DNA from: Vicugna vicugna
Lineage: Eukaryota
DNA length: 64,000 nt
Assembly (NCBI GenBank): GCA_013265495.1
Contig: MU058009.1
Location: forward strand, 3,615,780 to 3,679,779
Direction: 5' to 3'
Notes under the pieces: generated by a model
Database searches by the model: none
What the model was told of the DNA's origin: nothing
The model's input: only the letters and a program-made list of their open reading frames with translations
Translations under genes and position numbers: made by a program
Part shown: one piece after another, positions 58,901-64,000 of the stretch
How positions within the stretch are numbered: position 1 is the first letter of the stretch
Layout: each line of letters starts with the position of its first letter

Positions 58901-61900
58901 CTCCCCTTACCTTTGCCCAGACAGCAGTACTGGGATTCTGTTTGCTACCCAGTCAAGGCTGAGCAACTGATTTTCATATTTATAGCCTCTACAATTGAGC
59001 CTAACCTACATATCCATCCTAACTGTTTTCCCACTAGCCTCTTATTTCAACTTTATTTTCTGGCAAACTTGTGACCATGTCTCCTCAAACATCTTCTCTT
59101 CTTGGAACCCTGAGTGTCTGCTGTTCAGCAGGTTCTATGAAGCCAGCTTTTCTCAAGTACTTTTTTCAACACGTACACAAGTCTGCCTTTCTTCATCCAT
59201 CAAAACCCTGAATGTCATTTAAGCTTTTGCTCCCACATGTCAAATCCACAGTAAATCTGGATAACGAATGACTGTTATTATTACTGTTTTATTATTATTA
59301 TCAGTCATCCAATAAGTATCGGAGTGCCCACAACCTGTCCAAGTGCTGTGACGTGTTAGGAAAACAGTGACAAATAAGACATGATTCTCAGTCGAGGGCC
59401 TGTGGGGAGGTGAGGGGTGGGACAGTGCAGTGTGGACAGTGTATAGGAGGGACGGGCGGTGCTGAGGAAGAATCAGGTCCATTTTGTCCTCATAGAAAGC
59501 TTTCCATTGGAGCTACTCGCCGGCGCCTGAGGAACACGTTGACATTAGCTTTCTACAGAACTAGGGTTTTCTGAGGCCCTGGACTTTAAGTGCTAAAATG
59601 GGGACAGTCTTGGCAAACCTGGAAAATATCTGTGAATGAATGAGTGAGTAAATCCTGCATACATCCTCAAGAGGATAATCCCCCACCCACGGACCTCCCT
59701 CTGCACATCTGCAAACCCAGACCTGAGCTGAGTGTTTGCAGCGGCCCCTGCAGGGTCCTGTCCACGGGGTGCTCTTTTGGGGTTCTGAGGGCAGGACTTT
59801 AATAACGAAGAAGCTGGAGGAGAAGACGGAACCTCGCCGGAGGCGGGGGAGGGCGGCTGTGGGAAACCCTGCCTGTCTCCCTCTCTCCCTCCCAAGCCTG
59901 CGTGTTTCATTAAAATATGTGTGACAACATTTCTCCTCATATGATTGTATTACACCATCCTTAATTGCATAATTCAACATTTTCAAGGGTATTTGGAGGA
60001 AATTTGGACGGTTCATTGACTGGTATTTGAAGGAAGCCGAGAATTAAATGAAAAAACATGAGCGGAAATTAGTAGTAAAAGAGACTGATTGAAGGGCTGA
60101 CGCGGCCTGGCTCCTGGCTCGTCGCACGCCTGCTCCGGGGTCCGGGGTCTTGCCCCCCGCACCTGAGCCCCCTTCCCTCGGCCTGGTCCCGGGGACGGAG
60201 GGCGGCGCTCCCAGGGCTGGCCGTGGGCATCTGCCCCCCACCCCCGCCCCGCACGCTCCGCTGGGTGTCTGTGTTGTTGTCGGTTGTGGTTTCTGACGTG
60301 CAGTTTGCAGGTGGCGCGTGTTCTTTCCCCTGCTCCCTTGAATGCGCCGGCTCTGCGCTGATTGCAATCAGGCTGACTGGGAGGAGCGGCGCCCAGGCCT
60401 GCGGTGCTGGTGCAGAGGCTGGGCTCCTGGCTCCTCCCTCTGCCCTGCAAACCTCCCTCTCCCACCCTGCTCCCCTGGAACTTCCTCCCCCCCAGCAGAG
60501 GTCCCCCCTCTCCCTTCTCCTGTGCTGAGATCAGGCCTGCAGCCATATGGAGACAACAGCCTGGGAAGGGGCTGGTTAGGGGGCCAGGTGCCAGACATTC
60601 CAGCCCCCAAAGCCCTGCTCCCACCCTGGGGTTGGCCCTCCCCGCGGTTCAGCAAAAGCCTCAGGTTCAAATCCACCTGCTCGCCTCGCTCCCAGAAATT
60701 CTCTGCACCCCCTCGCAAATCTGCATCCCACTTCCCCATGCAACCGATCGACAGATCGATGGCTCTGTCAGCAAAAGAGAATGCTAGAGGGGTGAGCGGG
60801 TCGGAGGTGTCAGTTTATCAAATTGGATGCTAAGAATTTGAAAAGCAATTGCAAGAGATCTGAATGCTCTTCCAGCCCCAGCGTGAGGCAGACGTGAGAT
60901 GTGTGGCTGAATCCAAACCTGTGAACTCATCAGGAGTGAACACAAGCTGACGTCTGTGGAGGCGAGTGTTCAGGATGAAATAGATGCCCCCTTCCCCGGT
61001 CTGGACGCTGGGAGGCGGGGGCGTTCTGGGGTCGCCTCTGGTTCTGGGGTTTAGAGTTCACGGCTGAGAATAACCTAGTCAGTGGCTTTCACATCCCCTT
61101 GCCCCAGAGAAGGATGCTTTCAAGGTCCTGCTGACGGCCAGTAGGGGTCCAGCCTGGGTCTGAGGAAGGGGAGGCCTCCTGGAGGCTGGGCAGCTGCGCT
61201 CCTGTCATGTCCCCTGCGCTTCTGAGAGCTCCTCCGTGCTCCCGGGGCAGCTGTGCTCACCTTGAAGAGCCTGGGGGAGCGGCTGTGTTCCTGCCTGCAG
61301 ACGAAGCGGGGGCAGAGAGCCCCGCAGGCCGGGGCTGCATAGCCAAGGTCAGAGCTGCCAGGGCCAAGGTCACAGGCTCCCCCGTGCCTGTCATCACTCA
61401 CCTGTGTGTGCGCGATGCCGGGAGATGAGGGCAGAAGCTCCTGGGAGCCGCATGCCACCACGCAGGGGAAGATCAGCCAGGCCCTCCTCGCGGCGGGGCG
61501 TCCTGGCGCAGAACCTTCGTCGGCTGTGGGGAGCAGTCAGGTTGTTCCAGTTCAGCCACCTACTCCATGAAGCCGGTGGTGCCTGACGTGAATCCCAGGC
61601 TGGGGTGTGGCTGCAGGCATGCTGGCCACCCCTCCTGAGGGCCTGGCACCTCCACCACCTCCTCCGCCCCCCCATGTGAGTGAAAACCAATAGGAATCCT
61701 GGAAGCAACTCTGAAAGGGCGTGGAGGGGCTCAGAGAGGCTGTACCGGGCAGCACGGCCTGGCCTGGCAGTCACCCCCCAGCCTCTCCCACAGCCCCTCC
61801 TGAACGCAGAGGGGTTTGCTGATCCTCAGTTCTCACTTTGGGCTTTGCTTCACAGCAAGGCTGTTCAGGTTTTGGGAGAGAAACGAGGCTCTGGGTGATG

Positions 61901-62040
61901 CTGTGTTCGGAGAGAGTCACCGTCCCCACCTGCCCTCCACACCATCCAGCCCCTGGCGAGTGGAGCCCCCATCTCCCCTGCTCCTGGCTCACTCCCCATC
62001 TCCCCCCCCCCGTCTTCCACCCCCCACTGCCCCCTACTCC

Positions 62041-63054
62041 TATCGACTGGAAAATGCACAACCTAAAAGTTGAGAGTTATTCAGCAGGCGCTCCGGAGGA
62101 CTTAAGCCCGGGACGCAGCCTCTCAGGTCACTTTGAGGGGCCGCTGTAAAGGGGCAGGGGAGGAGCCAGGGTATATTGGAGTTTTAGCAACAAAGACCAG
62201 GTAGTTGGAACATCAAAAGATTACTGTTAATTAAAGAAAACCAGACATCTCAAGTTAAGAAATTTAGTGCTTTTCTATGTGTGGGAAGGCGAGAAGGTCT
62301 GGGCTCATTGAAATCATTCCTTTGATGTGCACCTTAGCTCTCTAGGGCCAGTGTCCTGTTCTCCCCCATCTTGAGTCCCCTCCGGGGGCGCTGTGGGGGT
62401 GGGGGGGTTGGGGAGTGGGGGTCGGAGGCTGGGCTGCCTGCAGTGTAGTAGCTGATGGCTTGATGGCCGAGGCGTCCTTTATTTACTGATGTTATTGTTG
62501 TGGGTGAGAAGGTTCATGTCGCAGAAAGGATTCAGAAATAAGACACAGAGGTCAGGAAAGCAAAGCGAGGATTATTAAGGGGCAGACAGTTTGCTCTCCA
62601 GGGAAGAGCGGGCAGACCCAGGTGGGAGCTGCCCGAGTGCCCCCGGCAGGCTGGCTGTCGTGGGTGTGAAAGTGAGGGGGCAGAAGAGCCCCTGGTGGGG
62701 AGGGGCGTGGGGGAGTCTTTCCTGGTCTCCGTCCCAGCCCCGCCTTCCCCGGGGTGGGGAGGGATTTTTGTCCTTATTTAGTCTCAGTAGGGAAGTCGGA
62801 TGAGGTCATAATGAACCACAGGTCACGTTGGATGGTGGGGATTCTTGTCCTGTCCCACCCTTCAGCCTCCAGGACGCTTGACAGCCCAGGTTTTTTATCA
62901 GTCCGGAGGTTCCTGGTTTTTCTGGTCTGTCCAAGAACCCCTGTTGTTCACAAGTTGTGTGACTTCCTGCCGTTTGGCCCGTGTCCCCCTTTCTCTGCTC
63001 ATATCTAGCCACCTGCTGCTCTAACAATATGGCAGGCAACATTTTTCATTCGTG
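62041..63054 (-). mobile_element. Outer ERV1-class solo LTR (cetartiodactyl style; 62041-62492 plus 63027-63054), CTCC TSD
   Basis: aaaatgcacaacctaaaagttgagagttat...ggagccagggtatattggag...gaacatcaaaagattactgttaattaaagaaaaccagacatctcaag...tctgggctcattgaaatcattcctttgat; resumes atatggcaggcaacatttttcattc. Flanked by CTCC at 62037-62040 and 63055-63058. Confidence 0.8.
62493..63026 (-). mobile_element. Inner solo LTR nested in the outer LTR
   Basis: About 534 bp with termini TATT(G)...AACA, flanked by ATGT (62489-62492) and ATAT (63027-63030), an imperfect 4-bp TSD; LTR-like body. Confidence 0.65.
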
Positions 63055-64000
63055 CTCCTCATTGTCCCCTCCCCATCTCACCCCCATCTCCCCCCGACCC
63101 CGCCCCCCCCCCCCACTGCCCCCTCCTCAACCTCCCCCACCCCCCCCCCCATATGCATCTTCCCCACCCTCTTCCTCCCTCTGCTGCTGCCTGAGACCCT
63201 GTCTGCTGTGCTCGGTGCTGTGGGGATGGTTCAAAAGAGGCAGAGGTAGCTTTGACTAGACTCTAGGAACAGGGGCTCTGCAGGCATTCAGACTGAAGTT
63301 CCAGTCCTGGCTCCGCCCCATCCCGGTGCCTGACCTGGGACGGAGCTCAGCTTCAGTTTCCTCGTTCCCAGAGCAGAGCGAATCCCCCCCGTCTGGTGGA
63401 GCGAGCGCTGGAAGATGGATGCACATGCCACGGCAGGCAGCTCACACTTACCGAATGCTTATTACCCGGTACTGAAATAGTTGTACAGTTTGGTTTGTTC
63501 TACTGATTCTGTTACTGTTATTTTTATTATGATTATTACGAGGTTCTTCTGAGTCCTGCAGACGTCTGTGCCCTCTGCCCTGGAGCCCGGGTCCTTCCCC
63601 TCCTCTTTCTCCGAAAATCCACAGCAACTGATTGCTGTTACTTCTGCTCTTTCCCTGTTGTCGGGTTTCATTAAAAATGCTAATTCCCCAGCCTGCCTCC
63701 CCATCTTGGCATCTGCATATACATGAGGGCTCATTCCCAGGCTGGAGTGGGCTGAGCGGCTTGGAAGGGAGCTCGGCCGGGGAGGGCTGGCTGGGACGCC
63801 GCCTGCGGTGGGGCTGCCAGGAGGGGCCGCTGCTCAGCTCTCGTCTGGTCTCCTTTATTCTCGCCTGCCCTTTCCTGGGGGCACCTGCTGGTGAGCAGGA
63901 GGATGCGGGCCCCTACCATGGGTGCTTGTAACTGGCATGGCCTTGCCAGGATCCGTTCCAGGCAGGAGACGTGACCTGTGCTCTTGGCGGTGCAGGAGGC

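Noticed and set aside
60358..60371. Perfect 14-bp palindrome CTGATTGCAATCAG (also the 12-bp CTCATGCATGAG near 20619)
   Set aside because: A few palindromes of this length are expected by chance in 64 kb.
63060..63150. Poly-C / proline-rich ORF region
   Set aside because: Low-complexity C-runs with G4 or i-motif potential only; homopolymer lengths may be sequencing-error prone, and there is no coding evidence.

Overview
GC-rich, non-coding mammalian genomic DNA. The L1 and ERV styles and the absence of recognisable Alu, B1/B2, Bov-tA, PRE1 or SINEC SINEs suggest a laurasiatherian, most likely a camelid-like cetartiodactyl; this is an inference. I find no credible protein-coding exon, tRNA, rRNA or CRISPR array. 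The ORF track consists of chance ORFs, repeat-derived ORFs and transposon fossils. Repeats recognised: L1 (an ORF1 fossil, a 5'-inverted twin-primed copy, 3' ends), L2, L3/CR1, MIR, MaLR LTRs including one LTR-int-LTR remnant, MER21, ERV1-type solo LTRs (one nested in another) and hAT elements (MER5, MER96B-like, MER112-like, Zaphod-like). Between the repeats lie AT-rich, homeobox/GATA/PBX-motif-dense islands that look like developmental enhancers in a gene desert or large intron. The most striking feature is an orphan CpG island (~21.1-22.1 kb) with housekeeping-promoter motifs (NRF1, ETS, CRE, GC box, splice donor). Its NRF1 site is the last unit of an 18-bp, CpG-dense, quasi-palindromic tandem array (12 identical units plus 1 variant). 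A perfect 71-bp copy of ancient MaLR internal sequence also sits 1.94 kb from its source. Repeat family names come from recalled consensus sequences and boundaries are approximate; no database search was run.
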